Source: Cenococcum geophilum
Lineage: Eukaryota
Direction: 5' to 3'
Assembly: GCA_050273025.1 (NCBI GenBank)
Contig: CP158635.1
Span: 16,492,001 to 16,556,000 of the forward strand
Length of the DNA: 64,000 nt
Shown here one piece after another: positions 38,267-52,069 of this stretch (position 1 is its first letter; every line of letters starts with the position of its first letter). The position numbers and the translations under genes were made by a program. Below the pieces are notes generated by a model. The model saw only the letters and a list, made by a program, of their open reading frames with translations, searched no databases and had not been told where the DNA came from.

Positions 38267-41200
38267 ATGGATTGACAACGCAGCTTCGACTATTTTAAGA
38301 ATCTTCCCTATTAAACCGAGGATGAAGTGGATAGAGTGAGGGCTCTGGAGAGTTGCGTAGGGAAACTCTATATCGCGGTGGCTATAAAACAGTATTGTCG
38401 CGCAGACTCTTTACTAATGTGTATTTTAAACTTATTATACCTAAAATTTAAACTTCCTCGCAATACTTATCTGAAGCTTGTAAGACTTTGTTTCGAGCTA
38501 GGGTTAGTATAAGGGTTAGATATAGGATATACAAGAAATTTTCAAAATATGTTTGTGACTCTGGTAAAGTAATAGCTTTCTTAATCATTTCTCCTAGTTT
38601 AACATTTTATTCGCTAATATACTACTTACAGTTGGAAATACCGCCTTTGGTATAGGAAAGTCCTAATACTTGATTGGAGACGCGCTGTTAAAGAACTTAA
38701 GGCTAAGTTCCTGCCTAATAAATCTAGAACCGTTTATCCTAAAAACATAGACCGTCTTACCGGCTTATTGATCCGAGTTTGTAAGTCCGCTTGTCTTTAC
38801 TTTAATCCAGAATAGATTCCTGCTATATTTAAGGAGTTTCTGCCCTACTTTAGCATTATTAACCCAGAGCATGCATATGTGGTAATTACGTTACTTAATC
38901 TATTGTTCCTAATAGTCCCTATAGAGCAGACTACCGAAAAGCAACAATGCTACCTACCAACTCTCTTTAATGCTTGGTCCTAGGTTACTTACTTATAGTT
39001 TGCTGACGAGAATTTTGTTAATCTATTTTCTAGGCTCGCTAAAGACTCTTTACTCGTAAGATATATCCCGTTTTTGGAGTATGGTGTCTTTACCAATTAA
39101 CAATCTGCGCTTATTTTCACTGCTATTTTACGGCTTCTTAATATACCTAATAAAAACTTAAACTCTGCTTATTAATAAGTTAGAGAACATTCTCGGAGAG
39201 TAAGGGCGTAACTTAAATCTGATACCAAAAGCCCTCCTACTACCCAGAATGTCGCTTAATTGATTATAATGTCCTTATCTCCCGCCTGTTTAGTCTATTT
39301 AGACTTGGTTTTATTAAAGCTAGAAAACCTCCTACAAGCCGTTGAGATATACTTCTATCCATTAAATTCTGGCGACTAGACTCTAACCTTATTATAACTA
39401 GTCTTCCATTTAGCTGATATGTTCGTCTTACGCTGGAATTAAGAGCGAAGTGGTGAGATGGAGGTATTAGATAAGAGGAGACTTAATAACGCTCTTAAGC
39501 GTTAATTCGTACTATGCTTACGGGAGGCCGTATTTATAGGAATTTTCGCTAAGACACCTTCTGCCATGGAACTTGCTATATTAACTCTTTAACTCCTAGC
39601 CTTTTTTAACTAGGACTTAATCCTGCCTAAAGCCCTCTAGCGGATATATCTAGCCATCTAGGGCCTAATTAAAGTCCACAGAATAATACCCTTAATCCGA
39701 GCGTTGAGCGTACTGTTTAACATTATAGCAAAGGCGAAAGGCTATAGGTGTTACATTACAACACTCCTTAGGCTTGTCCTTCCGGGTATTAACGCCAATA
39801 ATCTAGAGAAGATATTACACATATTATCCTGCATAGAAGTTATATCCTATACGGTACCGTTCCACAACCTAATAAAGGAGAAGATAGCGGGTTATAATAA
39901 GCTAGTGCAGGAAGATAATATAAATACCCTAGCGGAATACGACTTATACCTGGCTGAGCGGTAGATAACTAATTAGATCGTCCGGTTAGAAAGCGGCGAC
40001 ATTGATATTAACTATAAGAAAGAGTTAGACGACCATCAGGAAAAAGCAATTCTGAAGTTATCCACCGTAAAAGTCTTAGGATTTGTCGCATTACTATTTA
40101 ACCGGGTCTTCGCCCTTCTGGAGAAGTTAGAGAGGCCTAATAGTTTCCGTTTACATAGCAATTACTTGGAAAATAAGGTGCTGTATATGCTTAGAAGAGC
40201 ATCTACTATATTTCTTGTAGTATTATCGCCGGATTTATTTAATATGGCGCTAGATAGAATCGCTAGATTTGTAGTAAGTACTGGCTTTTAGCAAACAAGA
40301 TCCGTAGTGGGTTTTTTATGCAATGTATTTGTAAAGGTTAACCCCAGAAAGTCTCTAAAGCGATTGCTCCCCCTTCTTATTGCTAGTATTCGCAGAGAAA
40401 TTAATATTTACGGAGCCGGTATAACGGTAGATATGGAGATACTACTAGGGGATTGTATATTAGTGTGGACCATGTATCTACTCGGTTATTCCTTAACTAA
40501 AGTTAGAGACTCTGTCCTTGCTTGGAAAAAAGAGCTATTCGCTATCATTAAGTACGTACAGCTAGAATGTAAAGGGAGGCCTAAGATAATTACCTCTGAT
40601 ATTACTAGCCGTCTCCTATATAATTTAACAGCTATATATATCATCAATCACTTAATCTATAAGAAGGACGAACTTAAGAATGAACTTACAATACAAGCAT
40701 GGGGTAAAACTGCCGACTTAAAGCATGTTATATAGCACAAGCCAAGTAATAAGGAAATTAACTTTGCGGCTAAACTGTTTAGCTTATAGTGCAATATAGC
40801 AATTGATTCTTTGGCTAATTTAACTAGATTTACGCCATTAATCAAACAAGACGGTACTGGGAAAGAGTGGTCCGACGAAGTATCTTAATACCTTTACCTT
40901 CTTTAATTAGTAATATTAGGGATCTCAACCCTTTTCGATCCTAGGGCTGACCACAGCAATCTTATTATGGGCTGTGACGCCTTATACCAGAGGGGCGGAA
41001 TTGATATAGATGGTGATAAAGACGGTACTAATTTAGCTAAAATAAAGGACAAGGAGCTAACCTTCCAGCATATGTCGGGTTACCCCTTAGATCGAGGAGG
41101 AGAGAATTACTAGTTGGTCCATAAGCTGCGCCGCGAGATAGGTAGAATTATTTATAAGACCCACCAGTTTCTATTTGTAGAGTAGTAGGATAAACCGTAA

Positions 41201-43932
41201 TGCCTTAAGGCGTTGTGCAATGCATCTAAGTTATAGTTTACCTAAATAGGTTCCTACAATGACGAAATGTCCAAAAGGTTAAAGATTTTCGAAGCTCGGC
41301 TTGCTCTATTTAAGTTTAAAAGGCTCTAAAAGGAATATCTAAGGCCGCTACTTATTAAGCGGGCATAGTTATATCATTTTTAGAGGTTGAACTGTAACGT
41401 GTACTCTAGGCCCCTAAAGAAACCAGAGCTAACTAAGCTACTGCTTTTTAACCTTGTTAATTTAAGCTTATCTGCTTATGAGGAAGTTCGCCAAAGCGCA
41501 GGAAATGTACTTAATTAGGTAGTAGGCCAATTTCTAAGGACCGCACCACTTGTTATTCTACTACTTCTGGACGCATTTATACGAGTAGTGGAGGGGGAAA
41601 ATCTTATAAGCATTAAAGGCGCAATGACCTGTTTGTTATCCAGCTGTATATAGTCTGAAATTTCCTAGCATTAGGGATACATTCTATGTGCTATAAAAGC
41701 CTACGTCGAGGCTACTTAAATTAAGAACGATTCTGTGCAGAATCTTTTAAGAGATAAGGAATAGTAAATTATAGACATTGTCAGACCTTGGGAATGCGTA
41801 GTTATTCACCAGTATAACTTTGGAAAGGCCATTATCCCAGAGAAAGTTAAGGCCTAAATTTAGGTAAGAAGTGACTTTATAGCGAGCGAGAAAGTAAAGT
41901 TGTTAAGGGATTTTATTTAATTGACTAAGGAATCTTACTAGAAGATAAAATAGTATCTAATTATAAAGATTACAGAAAACCTTAAAGTTGCCTATAGTTT
42001 AATTGCTTCTAAAGCGTTTATCGATATAATTATAGAAGCCTCTATAGATTCTTATCCGGACCTTTGTCGCATCTCTTAACAGGTTATATATAAGATCTTT
42101 AAGTTAGTGGATATATAAATCTTTACTAAACGCAAATATAACAATTATCTTTAAGATGTCGTCTTAGACCCTAACAAAAACCCTTGGACTAACTCTGGTT
42201 ATAAGTCGGATTTAGGGTCTAAGACTTCTACCGAAAAATACTATACGGATGAGGACCCTTAAACGATAGTGCGGAGTAAATCTCCGTAGGTAGCACGGCT
42301 TATTACTATAGGAGTTACATATGACGACCTTAAGGAGAAGGTACTCTCCCGCATTGCGCAGCGATTGGATTAAGAATGGCTATTAAAGTAATTAGAGTTT
42401 ATGAAGATAGAACCAGATTACGAATTCCAAGAGTCGCATTACATGTTAATTTATTATATATATCGGCTTTTCTTAACTAGGTCTAACTTTGCAGATATTC
42501 GAAAATTCGCAGAGAGTGTTTTCGAAGCGTATAGTAACGAAAACTACTGCGGGGTCGCTATAGAAGCCATGACTGCGTTATTCCTTCTTCTTACGGTTTT
42601 AGCCCTATATATACTGGAGATGTTTTGGGAATCCGTCTTACCTAAGGCCAGAACGGTTTTACAAGAGCGGTTAGCCAATAAGAATTAGGAGAAGTTTTTA
42701 AGGCATATAATAAAAAATAACAACCTAAAACAATTCTGGCCACTTATTAAACCTACGTTTCACGTTAGTATGGAATCTAATGCAGCATCTTAAGATTCCC
42801 TTTAGATTAGTCTGCTAGGCTTAATTATTTACTATACTGGTCCACAATATCCAGAAAAGTAGGAGATTTTACAAGGCTTTATAGAGCATCTTAATTATCC
42901 GTATAATGCTATCCGTTTAGTAACGGGCATAGCGCTAGCCCGTATAATAACAATTAGCAAGTTATATAAGGATGTTGACTATCTTATTAACGCACAGATA
43001 AAATATTCTTTAGTTAGTATCCGACTATATTAGTTAACAGATAAGGAATCTACAATAAACGCTAAGGTCCTTCGCCGACTTAATATATAGCAAAAGCACG
43101 ACTAAGATTCTTACGTCCGGGCTATGCGCACCCTTTTAATATGGTAGGATACCTGTCTGTTATCTTATAGTTATACTTAGCTGCTTAATTTCCCGCACGA
43201 GAGGCTTATCGAGCTTATCCTCTTCATGGTTGCTATTAACAAAGAGACCAAACTCCTAGTAGAAGAAATCCTTAATAAGCTTTCCAATGTCCCTTTCTGC
43301 ATAGATAAAGTTGGACTATTTGTCTCTGTTTTAATCTGCGTAAGAGCTAAAGTAGAATCTTAGCGTTACTGGTCTCTTATTTTATAGTTTATAGATATTT
43401 TTAACTACCACAACCTGTTCCTTATATTGGACAATTAGTGGTGGGACCTTATTAAATATGTCAATAACATGATTTTTAATAAGTAGCCGAAAGTCCGAGC
43501 TAAGGCCGCCAATACGCTCACTAGTATAATTAGGGCCTTACCTATAGTGTTTAGCATTAACCGTCGGCGGCAATTATATATAGTGATGTTAAAAAAGAAC
43601 CATTAACAATAATAGCAAATTCATGGCGCAGTACTCGGCCTTAGTGCTTTACTACTGGCATTCCCGTACTAGACAGCCCTGGCATTATAGCAACGGAAAG
43701 TATTAGTTATACTTGTAGAGACCTTGCGCTTAGGTTTAGGGCTGGTGGACAATAGCGTAAAGGAAATTTTGGCGGTCTTTAAGGAGAAGAGATAAGATAC
43801 ATGGCTTAAGGACAGAGAAGTAATTATCCCCCATTAGATGATTCCAAATAATGCTAAATCGCCTATTAGGGATTCTCTTTAGATCGGCTAGAGGTCTTAG
43901 AAGATATGTAACCGATAAGCTACTTCGCCTAG
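38267..43932 (+). pseudogene. BLM10: proteasome activator BLM10/PA200 homologue, full length, RIP-inactivated
   Basis: N-terminus YFKNLPY(Q)TEDE...KLYIAV...LKFKLPR...KLVRLCFEL, then YF(H)P(S)NSGD(W), LPGI(D)AN(D)LEK and HGAVLGLSAL.LAFPY. C-terminal HbYX motif SYFA-stop at 43918-43932. Introns retained. Confidence 0.9.
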
Positions 43933-45536
43933 AACTATTATCCCCCCAACTAGCAAATAAAGGATAAGAGGTAAGTGAGAAAAGTAAGGGAAATATAATA
44001 GAAGTACTTGATAAGAAGGCAAGTAGAGAAACTAGCAGGTAGTATAGTCGTCATAAATTAATTTAATAAAATTTTTCTTTATTTCTGTTAGGTGCCAGTA
44101 CAGTATATAGCTGCGAGGCGCATGCTATTCGCATGCGAGCTACATGCTGCGCACGTGACCCGGGAGACCTCTTCCATGCCCTTGCACTAAGACGCCCCCT
44201 TTCCTTAAGGATTCGTCTTTTGGTTTCTTGCAACCTACTAATATATCCTATTATTCTGTTAATTGGACTCCCTGTCTACCTCGTGCCTTATATTAATAAA
44301 TATTATTTAAAATAATATTATACTATATACTATATGTTGACCAGACAATTTAGAATGAGAGCTTTGTCTTTTGAAATGAGACTTTGGAGCCTCTAATAGA
44401 ACCCTAAAACGCGTTGCCCTTCTATATACGCCTACCACTATCTAATATCGGCTCGCTGAATCTAAATAGATGGAGTTTTAACTCTAATAAATGCAGTAGG
44501 GATAAATATAGACGTAAGACGTAGCGGTTAGATTGAGATACGGAGGAAGGAAGTAGTGAATGGGCACGGCACAGAGTGAAACGGGGCGAATACTTATAGC
44601 AACCCAGTAGTCTATGGGCGATGTACTATTCTAAAATCTTACTAGGCACTTTAACGCCACCTATGACCTGTTATCTATCCCTTCCCCTTTAGAACTGGCA
44701 TTGCTGGATCTATTAGATGGACTATAAATATTGTATTCGTTTCCTTAACTAAATTCTCTTAGGTGCCTTATGATGGATAAAGCCCCATCTTTACAACTAG
44801 GTCACGCGGTTAACTCTGCTTAATGTTAAGGGATTAGCTAAGACGTTGCCTAAATACCCTCTTATATTAAGGCGCTATATTTCGATTTATGCTTATTAGG
44901 CTGCAAGCTAAGCCTTACTTTAAGTATTGTTGGTAAACGTCTCCGTCGGTAACGCAATACCTATTAACTAGCTTTAGCGAAAGAGTATATAAGACCCCCT
45001 TATACGATTATAGCGCGTTAGTGGACTTAATCTAAATAAAGAGTGAATTGGGTGGCGATACAGGACTATATTGACTATATTAGTGGGGCGCAGCACGCGG
45101 GCTGTAATAGAGAAGTGAGGATCGGATGGCTTAGCACCAAACTTATAGAACGAAAGGGCTGCTGTAGATGGGTGTGTTATTAGTAAGGGAATTTCTAGTC
45201 AACCTGCTTGGTTAACTAATTTGCTAAAGCTGAAAGCGTATGTATTATATAGCTAGACACTAAATAGGACGTACTAATGCTTTGGTATTGCATACGCCCA
45301 AAAACCTATAGCTATATGATCAACACGCGCGTTTAATAATAAGGCCCGATCAGTCATTTTCGGAGCCCCTTAAAATCCCTAATCTTGTGTCGCGACTATT
45401 TTATATACGGCCACTGCCAGTGTATAGAATTTGTTAATAAAGGCCCTTGGTTACCGTTAGGGCTATATATATATATCGTATACTTCTCTATTAACTAATC
45501 ACTTAAAGTGATTTAAGGATTGTGAATGTTAAGACA

Positions 45537-46280
45537 ATGTTTGTTAAATTTGACGACACTATTCTGATTATAAATATTGACCCTAAACCTAGGCCATTAC
45601 TTCTTAAACGCATTCTCTCTTATCTACTCTCTTATCTATATAATAATGGGGATGGCCGCTATTAAAAGATGCGGTTTAATAGAAGTGGGTAGTTTTAGGC
45701 TAAGCCATCTATACCCACTGCTGATTAACGTTTAGTTGATGACTACGTTAATGGCATTCCGAAGGCAGCAGTAACTATGTCTTTAGAGCCGCAGTTTATA
45801 ATCTTTTAGCGGTTCGCACTGGAATTAATATAAGTCCTTTTGTGTTACTAGTGCAAGGTTAGCGAGGCAAAAAAAGCACTAAATAATTATAATAGGGAGC
45901 GCACAGGCGATATCATATCCTTCTATAATGAGGAACGAAATAAACTCTTAACTGCCTTGGATAGTGCGCTTCGGGACTACGGTAAATTAACCTGAATATA
46001 AACTTATGGCTGTGAACGGTAGCTAATATATCTAGGTATAAGGGTGGCTCTTGCCTAATAAATACTTAGCATCCCTAGGCCCAATAGTTGAGATATGCAC
46101 AGCTTTTTCAATCTCTTTTACAACGATAAAGAGGTTATGGAAGCGTTTTTTAAATGTTATACGGCTCCTATGTCTGACCTGTTTACACTCGGTACTCGGT
46201 GGGATTTATAGCTTTACGCGCTGTTAGGTCATTCGGCCTGCCGATCTCCGTTTCTAAAGGTATTCTCACCGCATCCTTAA
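45537..46280 (+). pseudogene. multi-exon hypothetical protein
   Basis: ATG, several GT..AG intron-like segments and coding-like frames between them. No domain recognised. Confidence 0.3.
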
Positions 46281-47453
46281 GCCTAAATGTACTGATTAAA
46301 GTAGCGTATCTTGTTAACGGCGGAACAGATAGCAAGGTCTAATAATATAATTATTAATCTAATAGACAATACTAGGATTATTTATTTAATCCGAATTATG
46401 TGCTATCTATTCTTAGTTATCTTTTTATGGTCACTATATTTTACTACACTTTCCAGTGCCATTGTTCCTTTTGCCACTATATTACTCATTGTTAGAGATA
46501 TGTCGTTCCACTAAGTATTCGTTCCTATTGCAGCGTATGTCTTAGGCCCTGTTTTTCTCCTTTATAAACACTAAGGTAGCATACTAACCGGAAATTTTAT
46601 ATAGGTTTTGTATTATATATAAGGTTATAGCTAAGAGCGGCAGTAGCCCGGTTATAATAGTTTAGACCTACCCCTATAACTGGAGCGATAAAGTACTATT
46701 GGGATAGATGGAAACAGTAACCGGGGAAAGTTTTCTATAAGGGCCTTAGAGCCTGGATCTAATTTAAATTCGTTATTCTTAATTTAATACGGTCCCTTTA
46801 TTTTTTTCTTTATAGAAAAGGAATGTACTGCTATTTGTTTTGCTGTAAGCTGCCCTTAGGCTATCTGTATCTTTCTTATGAAAATTTTATCCTATCGAAA
46901 ATAAATAAATCGGGTTGAAAACTTTCCTGCTAGAATTATATCTATTTAATCCTAAAAACCCTTGTCGCCTTATTTGTAGCAGGCTTTGAAGCTTGGCCGG
47001 TCAGGCTATGATAAAGGCACACGCCCGTCGATTCAGTGGCGGGCCTTGCAGTTATCGTAGAGGATGTTCGTCGCTCCGAAGCCAAGGGGCTCTACGGCGC
47101 GAGATATAGCAAGGCATCCGGCGAGGCCCCGTGGCGTTGGCGTCGGGTTTATGGCGTCCGCAATAGGCCGCAAGGACTGGCCGGCAGCTGCGGGTTGGCC
47201 GTTACTAACTGTAGTGTTAGCGGGCATGGGATGGTAGCGGGCGAGGCGCGAGGGCTAGGTAGGTAGTAGGGGTAGCAGTAGGACGTTGTCTTTCCCTCCC
47301 TTTATAGACAAGAGCTAAGGGGACATTAGGAAGCAAGAAATAGTTACGTTAATGGATTACTTATCTAACGTCTACTCGCTAAAGTAAATTGAAGCCTAAG
47401 TTCTATGATTCTATGAGATAATAGCTGCTTTAATTGCTACTATTTGCTAGGGT

Positions 47454-48039
47454 TTACCATTTCTCTACCTAGTAACCTCTAATAATGTCCAGCGAGACTT
47501 ATAGCAACCTATTATTTTATATTAGGCTGTTTATATCGCTGGAGGAATATTTTATACCTAATCCTCTTTAATATGTTTCTTAAACACTAACTTAATCACA
47601 TTTTTAAAGACAGACTCTATTATATTAACTCTTAGCCGCAAAACTCCATTCCGTTTCTACGGGTGTACTTTATTAGCTAAATTTAAAATGGCCTATAGGG
47701 ATATGCGTACTTCTAATTCTATAAGCTTCTCCCACTTACCCTTTAGCACCTTTACCCTTTACTCTAAGGCTACCCTTTCCTCCTATAGTTACCATCCTGT
47801 TAGATAAGTAGAATACTTCTAAGAGGCATATATACCTTTTTAAGCGCTAATGCATCCTCTAGGCCCTCTATAAATAGAGTGGAGGTGTATAAATCTGGAT
47901 ATTGAGTGTCGGAGGTTTGGCTAGATGCTATACCATTTCCACCAACAAAGTAGTATAAGAAGCTGTGTGTATTGACTTCTCTAGTATCGGCGGTATGCGT
48001 AGGCACATTACCCTCCGTGGGCGATTTTTGGAAAGCCAT
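47454..48039 (-). pseudogene. small coiled-coil protein, paralog A
   Basis: MAFQ... and YTSTLFIEGLEDALALKK, an intron, then ERVALE(Q)RV. Homologous to 63068-63770. Confidence 0.55.
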
Positions 48040-48743
48040 TCCGTGAATTGAAATATTGGTAGAACTGACGATAGCTAGTTGAGTATGGAGCGTGCCTTAT
48101 ATATTTGGTAGCTACTCCTTAAGTAATTAACAGTTTAATAAGAGCTTAGGAATAGATTACCAGAGGATGGCGGTTTGGAGTTTTTAGCGTGTTTAATAAA
48201 GAATTTTTTTTTTAAAGAATAAACGTCGTTTAATAGAGAATTCATGCAGCTTACCCGCAAAAATTGTAAAAGTGGTCTAGAAATTCTAAGAGAAAAGTCA
48301 AGTTCTTGGGCCCCCTGCTTTATAAAGCTGTGCCGTAGTTAACGCTTACGCTCGGTTGCGGGTTAGTAGAGGTAAGATTGTGCTTTAGATTTCTTATCAT
48401 TATGGGCTCTCCGGCTTTCTACTTTACAAAAGCTGTGCTGTAGTACACGCGTTGCATTTGTTACGCGCTAGGCCTTTTACTAAACAAGTTACGAATAAGG
48501 GATTAGTAGGGATAAAGTAGGGGACGCACATTCTATCTGTGCTTACTTATATAAAAGCGGGGTTATATGATAGTTACAATCTATGCAGGTAATAGTTTAT
48601 ATGAGTTAATGCGATTATTACTCTTGTTTCCCTTGGCAAACTAGATAAATAAAGAAATTAAATGCGCTTTGTTTATCTAATTTCCTTAGGGAATTTAATA
48701 AGAAGCGAGACGCGGCGAAAACAGGACTAGGTAATAGTGGTGC

Positions 48744-49051
48744 TATCCTATACGCCGTTAAGAAAGGCGTACGCACAAGCAAACCAACTAGAGTCACTAG
48801 ATTGAATTGAGTCTTGGCGAAATAAAGTTGTAAATTTGATTAGCGAATTAAGGCTCTAAATCGTTATAATAAAGCTTAAAATTTATATATAATTGATTCT
48901 ATTGTATGCTAATTAGGCTAGTAAGGTCCTTCTTTATAGAGGGGTATATTGCATAAAGTATAGCCGAATTGAGTCCTTAGAGGAGCGTGTTAATATTTTA
49001 GTGTTCGCGTATGGGCCTCTTTTGGCGTACGCCTCAACGGCGCATAGGATA
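48744..49051. mobile_element. MITE-like element related to 3106-3257
   Basis: TATCCTATACGCCGTT..AGGCGTACGC is complementary to GCGTACGCCTCAACGGCGCATAGGATA. Shares internal TAGTGTTCGCG(C/T)A(C/T)GG and AGTCA(A/C)TAGA motifs with the 3.1-kb element. Confidence 0.55.
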
Positions 49052-49628
49052 CTCTTTAAAGAGTTTACCCGAAGATAGTTTAATACTGCTTTGTAATACT
49101 CGGATGGCTTTACTAGCCTATCTGTGATAGGTCATTACCTTATTCCTTAACTGTGCCGCAGTATTAATCTACGTCTGTTTAAGCTTTGAAGCTATGTTTC
49201 TAGGTTATCCTCTTCCTACTACATATTCGCGATATATGTAGGTAAATTGGCATATGGCCTTAGTTTAGCATCTTATGTTGTTCTAGTTTTTAGGATCTCC
49301 TGAATATATATAACACCTATAACTAACGTCTTTCTTAGTTCACTGTATACGTAATTTCCTCCGTCCTAAATAAAAATATATTACCCCCTGTAAGCAGAAT
49401 ACTAAATAAGAATGCTAGGCAGACGGACGTGCTGGATAAATAAAGGCTTGTAGGTGGATTAGGTGTATAATAGGTGGATTAGGTGCGTAATAGGCGGATA
49501 AAGCTGTATAGTGGATGGATAAAGGTTTATAACGGTAGTAAGTGACGTAATTGGATAATTATAACTTTTTGCCTTTTTTCGCATTATCTACTCCTCTAGT
49601 AAACTAAGTAGGTCAGTCGTTGCCAGCT

Positions 49629-50570
49629 TTAGCGGAGACGATTAAACCAGCTAATATGTCTTTTAACAGTATTCTTATCACTACTTCCCTTATAGCACTT
49701 TATTCTATTCTTTACCTCCTTAACTAGTTTATCTAACGTCTCTACTAGCTTTCCGCTATATTTACCGCATATAACCTATATATTGCCTCTCCTATAAAAA
49801 CCATCCGGGCAGCAAATTACTATTTTTCCGGTTTTTATGAACAATCCTAGCTCTATCAAACTTATTAAGGAATTGGTTCCCGGATAAAGATATATAGCGA
49901 TTACTATGGCCTTCTCCTGGCATCTAAGCCCCTATTAAACTTACCTGCAGAATTCCGGGTTACTGATGTCTTGCTTAAGATTGGCATTACAGTAATCCCG
50001 GCGCGGATTTAGAACCGTGATTGGGAGCAAGCTGAGGCGCTTTATTATATCATTTTGCTATTTGGGCGCTTTCCCCATTTCTATACTATTAGCAAGAAAG
50101 ATAGATCCGCTAGTAAGAGGAGCTATATCTAGTAGTTAGTAGATAGAAAAGCCTAGGTGTATATCCTGCGTAGCAGGCTTTATAGTGGTCGGGGTTGTGG
50201 CCGAAGACTTGATGGTAATCTTAGTAGGACTTATAATAGTTAGGATAGTAGGCGTAGAGTTGGCGGAAAGTTTGGTAGGAGTTGAGACAACTAGAGCTAT
50301 AGCTATAGATTTAGCTAAGATGTTGGTCGGGGTTATAGCCGGAGACTTAGTGATAATTCTAGTAGGACTTATAATGGTTAGGATAGTAGGTGTGTAGTTG
50401 GTGAAAAGTTTGGCAGGAGTTAAGACAACCGGGGCTGTAGCTATAGATTTAGCCGAGATGTTGGTTAGATTTATAGCGATAAACTGGAAGCGTGGGGATA
50501 GATTGACTTAGATATGGAATAAAAGCCTTGCCTGTTAGTCCTGCATAAAGAAGACAGTAGGTGATTTTAT
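49629..50570 (-). pseudogene. nucleoside 2-deoxyribosyltransferase-like protein (Nuc_deoxyri_tr2 type) with S/T/P-rich N-terminal repeats
   Basis: SIFLA(G)SIEMGKAPK(W)Q, ITVLNPRRD, ISLIELGL and GKIVICCPDGFYRRGN.QV.C. 138-bp tandem duplication at 50187-50465. Confidence 0.8.
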
Positions 50571-51249
50571 GTTTTCTAGGTGGGTGCTGTTGTCGTTTTA
50601 TAGTCTTCTCCTTTGTAAGAATATATACTCCTACCTTGTAATAAAGGGCTTAGAGTCCCAAATCTGCCTTAAAAGAGTAAGCCTTAGAACGAGGGGCCTA
50701 TAAGCCCTATAGATCTCTTCTGTATATTTGAAAGAGCTATACGGATCTAAATGCTGCTATAGCCCTATATATATAGACCTAGTATTGACCTATTCGATCC
50801 GTTATTTATCTGATCCACCTAATCCACCTAACCCACTCGATCTACGTTAACTGCCTCATCCGTGTCATTTTTATGTACCTGCTAATATCTCCCCGCACCC
50901 CGTTTTGGCCTATGTTAAAAGTTCTTATAATCTAAACGTATTTCCCTACGCAATGGTCAGTCCGTACGGTGAAGGCTTTAAGTCGATAAGCTGGGGAAAA
51001 TGTAAGTGACGGCGTGCATCCTTAGCCCCTTTAGGCGTAGCTAGCCTCGCCCTACGTGATGGCTGCCTTCTTATATATCACTAGCGAACCTCCTTATAAT
51101 TAATATGGTTGTTATCGTTTCTTGGATTGGTCTCTTTAATACTAACATCCTGTTGTAATGTAAATTCCTGTATCATTCTAGTGGAGTAATTAATCACTTA
51201 GTAACAAAGGTGTTGATTTAAACTTGTATAGTAAGCCACTATAAATTTA

Positions 51250-52069
51250 TTGTAGTTTTTGGGAGTGCTGAAACAGGCGAGAACGGAACGGCCGTGGAAC
51301 TTACGCGGGAGGGTTAGGAGACGAAGAGGTATAGTAACCAAGCGAGGCATAAAAGGGGGTCTATTTGGTCTTTACTCAGCAGGCCGAGGCTAAATTAGGT
51401 AGGCTAGATAGAGGCCTGCTTTAATTGGTCGCTAGTGGAGTTTCTGAGAGAGCGGGAAAGCTTAAGCCTTCTTGGCACCTAGATAGAGGTTATAAGTGTG
51501 AACGAATACTAGCTTTTCCTAAGATATGCTAAGAAGAATGAATTTTCTAAATTTACTAATTGGTATATATGTTCTCATCGCTAATTAGCTGGATGCTCTT
51601 AATATATTCGTTATAACAAGGACTTGTTTATTTTATCAACATCTATTTTAAAAAGATATCGATTTATAGAATATTAACACTTCTCGTGTTTGTTAATATG
51701 CACGCCTTGCTATACTAGCCCATTTGGTTAAGCCTAAGAGGGCGAGCGTAAGTGCCGCCGCTACTATGGGACGTTATCTTGTAGGGAAAGAGGTCTGTCC
51801 CTACTCACTAATTGTAAGCTTTTATAGGAAGCTCTCTAATGCTTATACAGAAAGTAGATAGTTTTTGTATAAATTGCCACCTTAATAAAGGTAAAAAACA
51901 GCGGGACTGGTTTAGGTGCGGGACTCTAACCTACAGTTCTAAAGTTTTTGGATGTTATACTTGTCTATTATTATATAAGCGCGATATCTACGGCAAGCAT
52001 AGTGGCAAGAGGAACGATAGGCTCTGCGCCTACGATACCCTTTATAAGTTATGTTCGAGAGAACCTTAG
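51250..52069 (+). pseudogene. Cys/His-rich putative zinc-binding protein
   Basis: CTPC...CRR...C, then FCINCHL....DWFRC......FGCYTCLL...CAYD. Confidence 0.35.

Noticed and set aside
47730..47800. Minus-strand frame GGKGSLRVKGKGAKG resembling a histone H4/H2A tail
   Set aside because: No histone fold follows. The paralog at 63.4 kb and the intron position indicate the real frame is a coiled coil (ERVALEQRV).
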